DNA of 64,000 bases from an uncultured virus (IMG/VR IMGVR_UViG_3300038393_001252) (IMGVR_UViG_3300038393_001252); one strand, 5' to 3'. Counted from the stretch's first letter, positions 10,014 through 18,880 are shown. Translations and numbers: made by a program. The notes: generated by a model from the sequence alone, not told the origin.

Positions 10014-10312
10014 GGGATAATGACCACATGGTGGCGGTTGAAGGCAAGGCGGACTTCCACTTGTTGCGCGTCCGGCCACAGCGCAAGAGCTTCTCGTGCG
10101 ACGTCTTCCATGAACATCGTTTTCCACATAAAGTGCCGCTTGAGCAGTTTGCGCACCCCGTACAGCTCGGGTACCGGGTCTGCGAAGCTAAGGCTGACCC
10201 AAATGAGGTCAGGGAGCTTGTTTACAGGACAGAAGGTGACGATGGGGGCCCAATGCCTGATAGTGGCAAAGAGGCCCGGAGTCACAGGTTCGTAGGCGCT
10301 ATCAGACCCCAT
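10010..10312 (-). CDS. QueF/QueF-like T-fold protein
   Basis: TFCPVNKLPD aligns by eye with QueF SLCPxTGQPD and FMED with FHED; the QueF ESKSLKLY motif is replaced by ELYGVRKL. Confidence 0.7.
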   Translation of the reverse strand: MGSDSAYEPVTPGLFATIRHWAPIVTFCPVNKLPDLIWVSLSFADPVPELYGVRKLLKRHFMWKTMFMEDVAREALALWPDAQQVEVRLAFNRHHVVIIP

Positions 10313-10710
10313 GCTGCAATCCAGTTAATTGACCAAAGAAGCCCCAGCCACCAGCTACCGTTAAACCATTCCCACTCCTTGCCAAAGCTAAAGCGGGTAG
10401 TTTCGAACGGGTACAGCAGCGGGGGAGCCCATTGCTTGCCATGCGTCACTGCGTCTAGGAATAAATGGCTAAGCAACGCCATGAACACGGTGAGAGAAGC
10501 AGCGGAATTAAGGCTGCTGAAAAACACACCAAGCGAGACAGCCGCAGTCCACAGAAGGGAGTGTGTGAAGTCATAGGAAGGCGTAGGCTCCGCTTTGCGC
10601 TTTAGCCCAAGCACGAGGTCTGGAACTACAGCGGTCGCAGCGCCCACCCACGGATACCCCAGCGGCGCACCCGTGCACGCACCTACAACGGCGTGAGTTA
10701 TGATGTCCAC
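10282..10710 (-). CDS. YdjM-family membrane-bound metal-dependent hydrolase
   Basis: MDIITH, VPD, THSLL, SHLFLD motifs with several hydrophobic helices. Confidence 0.8.
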   Translation of the reverse strand: MDIITHAVVGACTGAPLGYPWVGAATAVVPDLVLGLKRKAEPTPSYDFTHSLLWTAAVSLGVFFSSLNSAASLTVFMALLSHLFLDAVTHGKQWAPPLLYPFETTRFSFGKEWEWFNGSWWLGLLWSINWIAAWGLIAPTNL

Positions 10711-10713
10711 GGC

Positions 10714-11523
10714 TCACACCTGCACGTCTCTCAGCGGTTCCAACCCAGCAAGTTCCCAATACTTGCTAAGGTCCCCTTGGTAGTTCGGCGCCACTGGCAG
10801 TTCCATCAACCCTTCGCTGCACGCGCGCAGAATAAGCGGGTCCGGCACCCCAGCTTCTGCAAAGCCCTTTTCACGCAACAGCGTCGCATGGTCCTTGCCC
10901 TTGGGCGGGTACTGGCCGTCGTAGGCGGTGTGGCTATACGCTAGCGCCTGGTAGCAACCCTTGAGCGCGAGGGCCATTCCAACAGTCTGCGCCTTTGTCA
11001 AGTTCATTAGGGGCGTAAAGATCTCGAGGGCAGGCAACGTATCCTTCTCGCCTGTAAACGTCCCAGCGCTGCACGCGTCTTCCAGGTGGTTAATGAATTC
11101 ACGCCTGCAGTCCGGATACCCACCGTAGTCTTCTTCGCACACCCCTGTCACCAGCTTATGCGCCCCAAGGCAGTAGGCGCGGTTGGCGGCTACTGTAAGG
11201 AAGAGCTGGTTGCGCATAGGCACGAAGGTCTTTTCAAGACCTCCAGGGAGGCTTTGACTGTCGGCGTATTGCTCCAGTGCTGCACCGCTAACAAGGGGGC
11301 TGGTGCCCTTCAGGATGGGCCCAAGCTCCACGACTTCATGTTTGCACATGAGCCCCGCGATTGCAGCAATGCGGCGCGCAGCGTTAAGCTCCCGGCGGTG
11401 GCGTTGCTTGTAGTCGAAGGTAATTGCGTAGACATCCCAATCCGGGTTACTGAGTGCCCAATAGAGGCACGTTGTGGAATCCTGCCCGCCGGACAGTACG
11501 ACAAGAACTTTCTGTTTGCTCAT
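10714..11523 (-). CDS. queC: 7-cyano-7-deazaguanine synthase
   Basis: VLSGGQDST PP-loop, FDYKQRH, FVPMRN, GYPDCR, TPLMNLTKAQ; start re-set to MSKQK. Confidence 0.93.
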   Translation of the reverse strand: MSKQKVLVVLSGGQDSTTCLYWALSNPDWDVYAITFDYKQRHRRELNAARRIAAIAGLMCKHEVVELGPILKGTSPLVSGAALEQYADSQSLPGGLEKTFVPMRNQLFLTVAANRAYCLGAHKLVTGVCEEDYGGYPDCRREFINHLEDACSAGTFTGEKDTLPALEIFTPLMNLTKAQTVGMALALKGCYQALAYSHTAYDGQYPPKGKDHATLLREKGFAEAGVPDPLILRACSEGLMELPVAPNYQGDLSKYWELAGLEPLRDVQV

Positions 11524-11530
11524 AGTGTGG

Positions 11531-11830
11531 TCAACTCCAAACAACTGTTTTGCCCAGTTTGCACGCAAGCTCCGAACCGATCCTGGACTTTTCGGGGTAT
11601 CTCAATTGTGAAATCTGCAGAGGTGTATAACCATGGTTGTGCATGTATGCCAACCTCTCAGTGTCCGGTTTGAACACGGCCGGTTCAGCGGGCCGTTGTT
11701 CCATCTTGTACTCAGCCTTGTTCTCGTACTGCTGCACCAACGCATCCTCGTTGATGCCGAGGAGATCCTTAGCCAAGAGTTCCATAAACTGAGCGTGCAT
11801 GAGCACCTCTAGCGCTTGATAACGGTCCAT
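11531..11830 (-). CDS. hypothetical protein inside the que cluster
   Basis: 99-aa ORF filling the gap between queE and queC. Confidence 0.6.
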   Translation of the reverse strand: MDRYQALEVLMHAQFMELLAKDLLGINEDALVQQYENKAEYKMEQRPAEPAVFKPDTERLAYMHNHGYTPLQISQLRYPEKSRIGSELACKLGKTVVWS

Positions 11831-11834
11831 GATG

Positions 11835-12542
11835 TTACTCGATCCCAGCGATCTTGTGGGTCTGGATTTGGAGGATGTGCCCGTAGGCTTTACAGGCGTT
11901 GACCGCGGCGTTAAGGTTTGCGCGGTTCTTGAGAGACACCCCTTCGTCGAAGGGTTGGATGTAGATTGGGTAACGGAAGCCTTCTGGGGGCTTCGCCACC
12001 ACAGGTGCGCAGGGGTTGTCCAGCGCGCGTATTGGCAGCCCGTCTGCGCGGTCTATGCACCCCGCGCGCACCACGTACTTGAGCGCTACCATGCGCTTTT
12101 CCACGCTTTCCTGGATGCGACCAGTTTTGGGCGAGCACACGATAACCACATCCCTGTGCAGCCCCTCCGGGACCGGGAGCGTGCCGTTGGTTTCCACTTG
12201 CACCAAGTACCCGCGAACAACCATGTTGTTAGCGAAAGCGGAGATGTTTTGGCGGAAGGGTTCACCGCCCGTAATGACGATGAGCGGAGTTGGGGCGTTC
12301 GGGTATTCTTCCTCACGCAACTCCAACACCTTGTCTCGCAGCGCCAGCGCGCTGACACGTTGGCGGGTGCTGGTGTAGTCAGTGTCACAACCGGGGCAAG
12401 CGAGGTTGCAACCGGCGAGGCGAACAAAGATTGCGGGTTGACCCGTAAAAGGGCCCTCTCCTTGGATGGTATAGAAGATGCTGTGCACCTCCAGTGAGCC
12501 ATCCTGCCGTGTGTCCAGTTTTTCGATCGGTTGTTGGTTCAT
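11835..12542 (-). CDS. queE: 7-carboxy-7-deazaguanine synthase (radical SAM)
   Basis: IFYTIQGEG, CNLACPGCDT, ITGGEP, VETNG, CSPK, QTHK. Confidence 0.95.
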   Translation of the reverse strand: MNQQPIEKLDTRQDGSLEVHSIFYTIQGEGPFTGQPAIFVRLAGCNLACPGCDTDYTSTRQRVSALALRDKVLELREEEYPNAPTPLIVITGGEPFRQNISAFANNMVVRGYLVQVETNGTLPVPEGLHRDVVIVCSPKTGRIQESVEKRMVALKYVVRAGCIDRADGLPIRALDNPCAPVVAKPPEGFRYPIYIQPFDEGVSLKNRANLNAAVNACKAYGHILQIQTHKIAGIE

Positions 12543-12587
12543 TTCTGGTCCGGGGTAAGTTGCCCTATCGTAGGGCGGGTTTCCCAG

Positions 12588-12611
12588 AAAACAAACCGCC
12601 CCGAAGGGCGG
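12588..12611 (-). terminator. intrinsic terminator
   Basis: Minus strand reads CCGCCC-TTCG-GGGCGG-TTTGTTTT. Confidence 0.7.
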
Positions 12612-12658
12612 ACTTGTTTACGGTTGGTGCGTTATTGTACTGCGCACAAGCGCGACAA

Positions 12659-13246
12659 TTACGCGGCCGGGGGTTGCGGAGCGGCGTCGGATGCACCGGC
12701 GTTTTCGGCGGGAGCTTGCGCGGGAGCGTCCTTCTTCGCCAGCTGTTCCGGGGACATCACGCGGCCGGTAACGCCGTTGAACTTGCGCCACCGCGCGTAT
12801 TCCGCCTTCACGTTGCCTTCGTTGAGGCCCAGTGGACCGGTGGCGTCCAGCAGCGTGCGGATTGCGACGGGGCTGCCCTGGTTCATGCTCAACTGGTCCA
12901 TCACAGCCCAGGCCTTGCCGCACAGGGTTTCCGGGCGGGGGCGCCGCACACCGTTCTGTTCCGGTTGCTTGCTTGCCGCTTTGGCTTCCTCGGCAGCCTT
13001 TTTCTTGGCTTCCTTCTCGGCAGCCTTCGCAGCCTTCTCGTCTTCCTTGGCCTTGGCCTTGGCTTCCTTCTCGGCCTTGCGCGCTTCAGCCTTCGCGGCC
13101 TTGTCGGCTTCCTTCTGCTTGCGGTCAGCTTCCTTCTTGGCAGCCTTTTCGGCAGCCTTTTGCTGTGCTTCAACTTCCGCTTGCGCCGCGGCTTGCTTCT
13201 GCTCTTCGGTCAGTTCTTGCGGTTGCTCGTTGGTTTGCTCGCTCAT
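12659..13246 (-). CDS. Ala/Lys/Glu-rich protein with a C-terminal domain paralogous to 29090..29845
   Basis: PEQNGVRRP...LC..AW...EYARWRKFNGVTGR; GGAG RBS. Confidence 0.8.
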   Translation of the reverse strand: MSEQTNEQPQELTEEQKQAAAQAEVEAQQKAAEKAAKKEADRKQKEADKAAKAEARKAEKEAKAKAKEDEKAAKAAEKEAKKKAAEEAKAASKQPEQNGVRRPRPETLCGKAWAVMDQLSMNQGSPVAIRTLLDATGPLGLNEGNVKAEYARWRKFNGVTGRVMSPEQLAKKDAPAQAPAENAGASDAAPQPPAA

Positions 13247-13337
13247 TTCATCTCTCCAAGGTGGGTTAATTGGTAAATGCGTTCACCACTGAACACAGGC
13301 AAATAGTACCAAATCTATTCGGATACTGCAAATCCGT

Positions 13338-13703
13338 TTAGATTCGACTGAAGCGCGGTTGCACATGCTTACTCCGCTCGTCGGTCTCCTGGTGCAGCTC
13401 TTGTATCTCCTTATTCTGCTCTTTCCGGTTCGCAATCCGCGCAGCCTCCTTCTCAGCCCTACGGCCAACCGGATACGGGGCATTCGCGGGCACCTCAACC
13501 GCCCTGTACACAGCTTCGGGCGGGCTTCCAGGTTTTTGCTTCTTCCACAGCGCAATGTACACGTCAGGCATGTGGTTAAGCGTGTTGCGAACACCCTGCA
13601 CGGGGCGACCAGTGAGTACGCAGATTTGTTGAATAGTGAGCCCAGTGGGGTTTGCTGCCCGCAACAGCTTGCGGATTTGAGGCTTTGTAGATGGTTTACT
13701 CAT
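13338..13703 (-). CDS. putative HTH DNA-binding protein
   Basis: GLTIQQICVLTGRPVQGVRNTL. Confidence 0.6.
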   Translation of the reverse strand: MSKPSTKPQIRKLLRAANPTGLTIQQICVLTGRPVQGVRNTLNHMPDVYIALWKKQKPGSPPEAVYRAVEVPANAPYPVGRRAEKEAARIANRKEQNKEIQELHQETDERSKHVQPRFSRI

Positions 13704-14650
13704 CGTTCACCTCCTTGCTTGCTACTGGCGGATGGTGCTGCTGCGAGCAAGGCCTTCCATTTCTCGCGCCAGCCGGCAGCAGCAGGCGTGTCGCGGCGCA
13801 CGGCCAGCAGCATCCACGGGGTCGGCTCCACCGGCACAATCTGCCACCCCTCGGGCACGGCGAGATGCGCCCCCTGATGTGCTGCGGTGCTCTCGCCGTG
13901 ATGCCAGAGGAACGCGCAGTACGCGGCCACGTCTCGCGGATCACCCTTGGCGATGTGGTCCACCAGCTTTGCCCGGCACTCCTGCATCCAATCGGGCTCA
14001 GCCCATCCGTCGCTGTAGCCGTACTTCTTCTCCGCTGCGGCCAGCTTCCCCTTGAGGGCGGCGGCGAAGCGGTCCACGAGGTCCGCTGTGCGTGGGTGAA
14101 GGTCGGCGGGCTGCGCTCCCTGATGCGCTGCGGTGTAGAGAGGGCGAAGCTCGTAGCGGTGCCCCCGCGCGATGAAATCCCGCATCTCCTGAACGGCCTC
14201 GTCCAGAGTCTGAAGCCGGCCGCGCGGCTTCACCCGTTGCCACTCGCCCCAGCCCATAGGCTCGCCGCCGTCGCCATTCCACCACTGCCGCCACTGCCAC
14301 TCAGCAATAGAGGGCTCTTGCTGCGCCTTCACTGGCCCAAGAGCTGCGGCAACCAGCTCGGCGGCTGCGTGGCGGGCGTCACGGTGGCCGTCTAGATAGC
14401 TCATCGACACCATGCCGCTGGCGGGTAGCGTGAACGGCAGGTTCAGGACGGCCGCGTGCAGGTCGTCGGAGGGCTGAGACTGCATTTGCGCGAGTAGGGC
14501 TCGGCCTGCGGTGAGGGCCTTTTGAGCAACCATCCGGTCCAGTTGAATGCTGTCCCGTGGCATCTCCTGGGCCTGCACCATCCGAGCTGCTTCTTCCAGT
14601 TGCGCCAGCGCATCCACCAGCGCCTGCACGGTTTCTATTGGGTCAGTCAT
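13700..14650 (-). CDS. mosaic Ead/Ea22-like phage accessory protein
   Basis: Modules KLAAAEKKYGYSDGW...KGDPRDVAAYCAFLWHHG and VPEGWQIVPVEPT; ATGA overlaps. Confidence 0.7.
   Translation of the reverse strand: MTDPIETVQALVDALAQLEEAARMVQAQEMPRDSIQLDRMVAQKALTAGRALLAQMQSQPSDDLHAAVLNLPFTLPASGMVSMSYLDGHRDARHAAAELVAAALGPVKAQQEPSIAEWQWRQWWNGDGGEPMGWGEWQRVKPRGRLQTLDEAVQEMRDFIARGHRYELRPLYTAAHQGAQPADLHPRTADLVDRFAAALKGKLAAAEKKYGYSDGWAEPDWMQECRAKLVDHIAKGDPRDVAAYCAFLWHHGESTAAHQGAHLAVPEGWQIVPVEPTPWMLLAVRRDTPAAAGWREKWKALLAAAPSASSKQGGER
13867..14135. repeat. 23-nt direct repeat pair (13867-13889 and 14113-14135)
   Basis: gcgccccctgatgtgctgcggtg vs gcgctccctgatgcgctgcggtg, 21/23 identical, both encoding TAAHQGA. 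Confidence 0.8.
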
Positions 14651-15384
14651 CCCAGTCTCTCCTTCTGCCACGCGCCAAGCGTGGTGCTACTCGTAGTCCG
14701 TTTCACTTGGTGCTCAGCTTCCAGCTTCGTCATCATTTGCTTCCTAAGCTCAAGCACCGCCTTTAAGTCCGTGGGCTTCCCTGCCGCTTCCCACAGCGCG
14801 TCTGCCACCTTAAACACTACTTCACGCACACCACTTTGCCGCGGTGCCCCCGGTGCGCGCCCCGTTGCTGGCGCGTTGGGCGGCCGGTAGGTGTGGTTAA
14901 ACACTTCGCTCGCCCCCGTGCTAGATGCAGGCGCAGCGTGCGGAGCCGCTTCATACTTCCCAGCCGCAGCTTCTTCACTCATCAGCCTTTCAGCCTTCAG
15001 CGCAGGTGCTTCCCAGTCCTCGTCCATCTCTTCCGGTTCAAACGCCTCCGGGTTGTACCTGTAGCACTTCTTGCTCCCGTCCATCACTTTCTTGCGCTGT
15101 GCCAACACCCGCAACTCTTCGGCATTCGTTTCCGCCAACCTCATTGCCATGTCATGCACAGCCTTAGCCAAGCCATACCCGTACCCCACCACCTCAGCAC
15201 CCGTGCTAGCCTTGTAGATACGGCGCAACTGTGTCGGGTCAAATTCCAGGAAGTGCCTGGGGTCACCCAGCGGTATAACGCTTCCACGGTTCACGCACTC
15301 AATCCAAGCCAGGTTTGCAAGCACGTCCCGTCTGTGGTGCTTGTGCGTAATTGCCCATTGTGTCTTGTCAACTAGAACGTACAT
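14647..15384 (-). CDS. hypothetical protein
   Basis: 245-aa ORF in the operon. Confidence 0.75.
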   Translation of the reverse strand: MYVLVDKTQWAITHKHHRRDVLANLAWIECVNRGSVIPLGDPRHFLEFDPTQLRRIYKASTGAEVVGYGYGLAKAVHDMAMRLAETNAEELRVLAQRKKVMDGSKKCYRYNPEAFEPEEMDEDWEAPALKAERLMSEEAAAGKYEAAPHAAPASSTGASEVFNHTYRPPNAPATGRAPGAPRQSGVREVVFKVADALWEAAGKPTDLKAVLELRKQMMTKLEAEHQVKRTTSSTTLGAWQKERLG

Positions 15385-15386
15385 AA

Positions 15387-15545
15387 TTACATCCCTCTCG
15401 CTTTAGCACGTTCGTTCGCGTCATAAACGTACCTTTCAATGTAACCAAGATGGTAGGCGACTTGAGCGCAGTTATCCCCGATGCGGATTAACGCAACGAG
15501 AACAAAAACGAGAAGGATGCAGATGGCGATCAATGCGTACAGCAT
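15387..15545 (-). CDS. small membrane protein (52 aa, not in ORF track)
   Basis: MLYALIAICILLVFVLVALIRIG...; GGAG RBS; TG-C-TATAAT at 15572-15580. Confidence 0.65.
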   Translation of the reverse strand: MLYALIAICILLVFVLVALIRIGDNCAQVAYHLGYIERYVYDANERAKARGM

Positions 15546-15588
15546 GGTGACTCCGTTTAGTTGGTGAACTAATTATAGCACCAATAAC

Positions 15589-17388
15589 TCAGAAGGGAAT
15601 TTCATCGTCCTGCAAATTCACGCTCTGCGTAGGTGTATCCCACGGTATCTTGTCATCATCGAATTCCGGCAACGCATCCCGGCTACCGACTGTGACCACA
15701 GGTGGTTCCACCGCTTCACGCTTCCCGAATGCGGTGCCAGTGAAGTCCACGTCCATAATCTCCGGGTACCCAGCCTTATTAACCCACACCCGTAGGTGCG
15801 TAGGTTGCGCCACCTTATCTGTCTGCGTCAGTGCCATTGCCACGCTGTCTGGTACCGGCAAGTTTGTGCGTTTGCGCCACCAATCCCTCGCCTTCTTCCC
15901 AGCAAAGTTCACGTGCTCAAGGCATACGTATTCGTCAAACTTCCGCAACCCGCAAAAGTAGCTCACCCTCAACATCGGCGGTTTCCCCGCCCGGTGGTAT
16001 TGCTGGTACGTTATCTGGTGAACCTCGAACACTTCCACTACGGGAAGTTCTCCGCGCACCAGAGTCTCCGTACTAGACGCCTGCTTAATTTTAACTGCGA
16101 ACGTGAATTCCGCGCCACAGAGAAAGCAGAAACGAGCGCTGGCATGGTTATACGTGTCACAGTGATCGCAGCATTTGACCGGGGCAGTTCCGCTACCCTT
16201 ACCCTTCTTGTTAGGTATAACCGGGTCGTTGATCGGTCCAAGGCGTCGGGTATTCCCGGCATAGTCCAGGACCAAGCAATTCTGTTTTTGGCTCGCTGCA
16301 ATAGCTGCCAATCTGCCAACCTGCGTGCTAAGATCATATCCGTCCGCAAACACCGGACGCGTGCCTCTGCCAAGCATCTGGACCCAAAGGACCGACGACG
16401 CAGTTGGGCGAAGGACGAGGATAAGGTCAATTTCCGGGTCATCATAACCTGTGGTCAGTATGTTGTTGTTCGCAATGGCCGTGATGGTGCCGCTTTTATG
16501 GCTCGCAAGAATTGCGTCTCGTTCCTGGCCCGACATTTTGCTATGAACCGCGCCCGCAGGGACACCCAGCTCATTGAGTATCTCGGCAATATGGACAGCA
16601 TGTTCAACTCCAGATGCAAAGATAAGCCATTTGTGTCTGCCTTGCTCCTGTGCGATTGTAATCGCTTCTTGCAGTGCTTTAACAGTAATGTCGTGCTTGT
16701 CAACCGCATTCTGCAACTCCTGCTGTATGAACTCACCACCCCGCATATGGACGCCACTGACGTCCAGCTCAACCTTTGGTTTACGAGGTACGAGCGGTAA
16801 CAGATATCCCTGTGCGAACAGCCAGTTAAAGGCTTCGATTGTCGTCATGTCGAAGCAGACGTCCGTGAATAGCGGGTCATCCTCTTCCACCAGCTTCCCG
16901 CTACCCAGCCTCCAGTCCGTAGCCGTAAACCCAATCACCTTCAGCGCCGGGTTCACCTTCTTTAAGTCCGCGATGTACTTCCTGTACATCGTCTTCTCGT
17001 TTGGGCTTACCAGATGCGCTTCGTCGATCAGCATCAAGTCCACGTGCCCAAACGCATGCGCCTTTTTGGCCATGCTGGCAATACCGCCGAATACGATATT
17101 GTCGTGGATGTCCTTGCGCTTTAGACCAGCGCTGTAGATACCGACGGGGGCGGTTGGCCACGCATCCAACAGCTTCTTATAGTCCTGCTCAATTAGCTCC
17201 TTGACGTGCGTTACTATCTGGACCCGCTGGTACGGGAAATGGTATAGCACGCTCTTTAGGAACTCGGCTATAACGTGGCTCTTCCCCGTCCCCGTCGGCA
17301 TCACCACCAACGGGTTCCCCGTCTTGCCAGCCGTAAAGTAGTCCCAGATGGACTGGGCCGCTAGAACCTGATAGTCACGTGCGGGCAT
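15589..17388 (-). CDS. superfamily 2 DEAH helicase with zinc ribbon (RadD/YejH-like)
   Basis: MPTGTGKS, IDEAH, FTAT, QMLGRGTR, CDHC...CFLC. Confidence 0.92.
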   Translation of the reverse strand: MPARDYQVLAAQSIWDYFTAGKTGNPLVVMPTGTGKSHVIAEFLKSVLYHFPYQRVQIVTHVKELIEQDYKKLLDAWPTAPVGIYSAGLKRKDIHDNIVFGGIASMAKKAHAFGHVDLMLIDEAHLVSPNEKTMYRKYIADLKKVNPALKVIGFTATDWRLGSGKLVEEDDPLFTDVCFDMTTIEAFNWLFAQGYLLPLVPRKPKVELDVSGVHMRGGEFIQQELQNAVDKHDITVKALQEAITIAQEQGRHKWLIFASGVEHAVHIAEILNELGVPAGAVHSKMSGQERDAILASHKSGTITAIANNNILTTGYDDPEIDLILVLRPTASSVLWVQMLGRGTRPVFADGYDLSTQVGRLAAIAASQKQNCLVLDYAGNTRRLGPINDPVIPNKKGKGSGTAPVKCCDHCDTYNHASARFCFLCGAEFTFAVKIKQASSTETLVRGELPVVEVFEVHQITYQQYHRAGKPPMLRVSYFCGLRKFDEYVCLEHVNFAGKKARDWWRKRTNLPVPDSVAMALTQTDKVAQPTHLRVWVNKAGYPEIMDVDFTGTAFGKREAVEPPVVTVGSRDALPEFDDDKIPWDTPTQSVNLQDDEIPF

Positions 17389-17393
17389 ACGCC

Positions 17394-18332
17394 TTACACC
17401 ATTTGTTTAGCTTCGTAGAATTGGCAGCCTGTGAGCTGTATTTGCTTTGGGAGTACGACGTGCGAAGCCAACGGACCAGTGACAGCGGCGCAACCGCAAA
17501 CCCATTGACCCTCACCAGCCTCCGTAGGCCAGCTATACCTGCACGTCCTACAGTTGCGGTCGGGTGCTGCGCCCAGGTGGCACAATGGCCTGTGGTCACA
17601 AAACTTGCATGTGAACCAACCGGCGTTGGCCCCTTTCATGCGTTCTGGTACCGTGTGCATCCACACAATACGCTCCGCCCTATCAATCATCTGGTCAGCC
17701 AGTGCACTATCCAACTCCACCAGCTCCATGTACATCTCATCGTTGTTCTTGTTCACGGCCACGTACAGCGCCACCGGGATCTTCATCTTCCGCATGTACT
17801 GCTGCATCTGTACATAGTGCTCCCACTTGGCACTCCTGACCCCCTCCTCTTTCACCTTCGCAAACGACTTATCGTTGTGCGTCTTAAATTCTAGCACCAC
17901 CGCCTGCCCTGGCGCAAGATCCGGGACGCCGACACCAATCCCGTCCCCGCTACCACCATAATGCCCCGCGGCACCGCTGATGCGGAACTGTTTTCCGTTC
18001 TCGTCTTGCTGGAACACCTGCACGCCAAGCATCAGCAAGGCAGCAATGATTCGGCCTTCTTCCAAATGTCCCCGGTTAAAAAGGCGGAGCATACGTCCGT
18101 CAAACTTGGGACGGGTAGCCCAGCGGAAGCCGTACCAGATTGCACGACCACACTCGTGGCCCATAGTGCTAGCACCAAGGTGAGAACGAAACGCGTCATC
18201 TTCGCCCCTGTACGCATCGCCCAGGTGTGGTAATACCCGCTGGAGCCACTGGCGATAAGAGGCTCCTTGGTCCGCCGTCATGGCAGCGTCTATTGCCGCC
18301 ATGGTTTTGTGTGCCAGCCGTACCGTGTTCAT
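17394..18332 (-). CDS. Cas4-like PD-(D/E)XK exonuclease
   Basis: HLGAS..GHEC, RGHLEE, GDG, LEFKT, QMQQY, CKFC....C. Confidence 0.85.
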   Translation of the reverse strand: MNTVRLAHKTMAAIDAAMTADQGASYRQWLQRVLPHLGDAYRGEDDAFRSHLGASTMGHECGRAIWYGFRWATRPKFDGRMLRLFNRGHLEEGRIIAALLMLGVQVFQQDENGKQFRISGAAGHYGGSGDGIGVGVPDLAPGQAVVLEFKTHNDKSFAKVKEEGVRSAKWEHYVQMQQYMRKMKIPVALYVAVNKNNDEMYMELVELDSALADQMIDRAERIVWMHTVPERMKGANAGWFTCKFCDHRPLCHLGAAPDRNCRTCRYSWPTEAGEGQWVCGCAAVTGPLASHVVLPKQIQLTGCQFYEAKQMV

Positions 18333-18634
18333 TTGTTCTCTTTTTGGTGCATGTACAGTTCAACCGCGTCAAGCGCCTTGATAAAGATCTTGTCGTCCTT
18401 ACCCTCGACCAGCAATTGGTTCTGGTGCTTGTTCGCCATCTTGTCAACAATGACGTTGATGGTGTCCAGGTCCAGCGTGATGCCTTTGCGCTCAGGGTCT
18501 GCATAGTGCAGCAGAATCATGAACAGGCGCTGGAAACCCTTTTCCGTGTCAAGCCCAAGCTGCTGGATGATGCTGGCGTTTTTAAGCACCCGCGGCAGCA
18601 CCATGTTCTTCTTCATGTCAAATTCTTTAGCCAT
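18329..18634 (-). CDS. hypothetical protein
   Basis: 101-aa ORF, ATGA overlap. Confidence 0.65.
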   Translation of the reverse strand: MAKEFDMKKNMVLPRVLKNASIIQQLGLDTEKGFQRLFMILLHYADPERKGITLDLDTINVIVDKMANKHQNQLLVEGKDDKIFIKALDAVELYMHQKENK

Positions 18635-18637
18635 CTT

Positions 18638-18880
18638 CTACCCCAGCTTCAACCTATCTCTACACCTTGCACACGCCAGCCTGTTGTCGCGCATGACCAC
18701 ACGCGGGCTCTCTTCACCGCAGTAGTCACACTCACCAGCTTCGCCGGCTTCTATTTTGCTCGCCTTAGTTCGAGCTCGGTTAACAGCATCGTCACAGATT
18801 TCCTGGTAGGCGTCCGACGCCATTTCCTCGTCATCCCTGACGTCCGGCTGGACGTAATCCGCAGTAGTCTTGCGATCCAT
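18638..18880 (-). CDS. DksA/TraR-like C4 zinc-finger protein
   Basis: Acidic N-terminal helix, GECDYCGEE...ACARC; GGAGG RBS. Confidence 0.65.
   Translation of the reverse strand: MDRKTTADYVQPDVRDDEEMASDAYQEICDDAVNRARTKASKIEAGEAGECDYCGEESPRVVMRDNRLACARCRDRLKLG

Noticed and set aside
8963..12542. Host-type queuosine tRNA pathway (auxiliary metabolic genes)
   Set aside because: Linked to a DpdA-type gene and the DNA polymerase, with no queA/queG; DNA modification is the better explanation
17394..18332. Cas4-like gene as part of a CRISPR-Cas system
   Set aside because: No cas1/cas2 and no repeat-spacer array; it sits in a standard phage helicase-SSB-Sak4 recombination module
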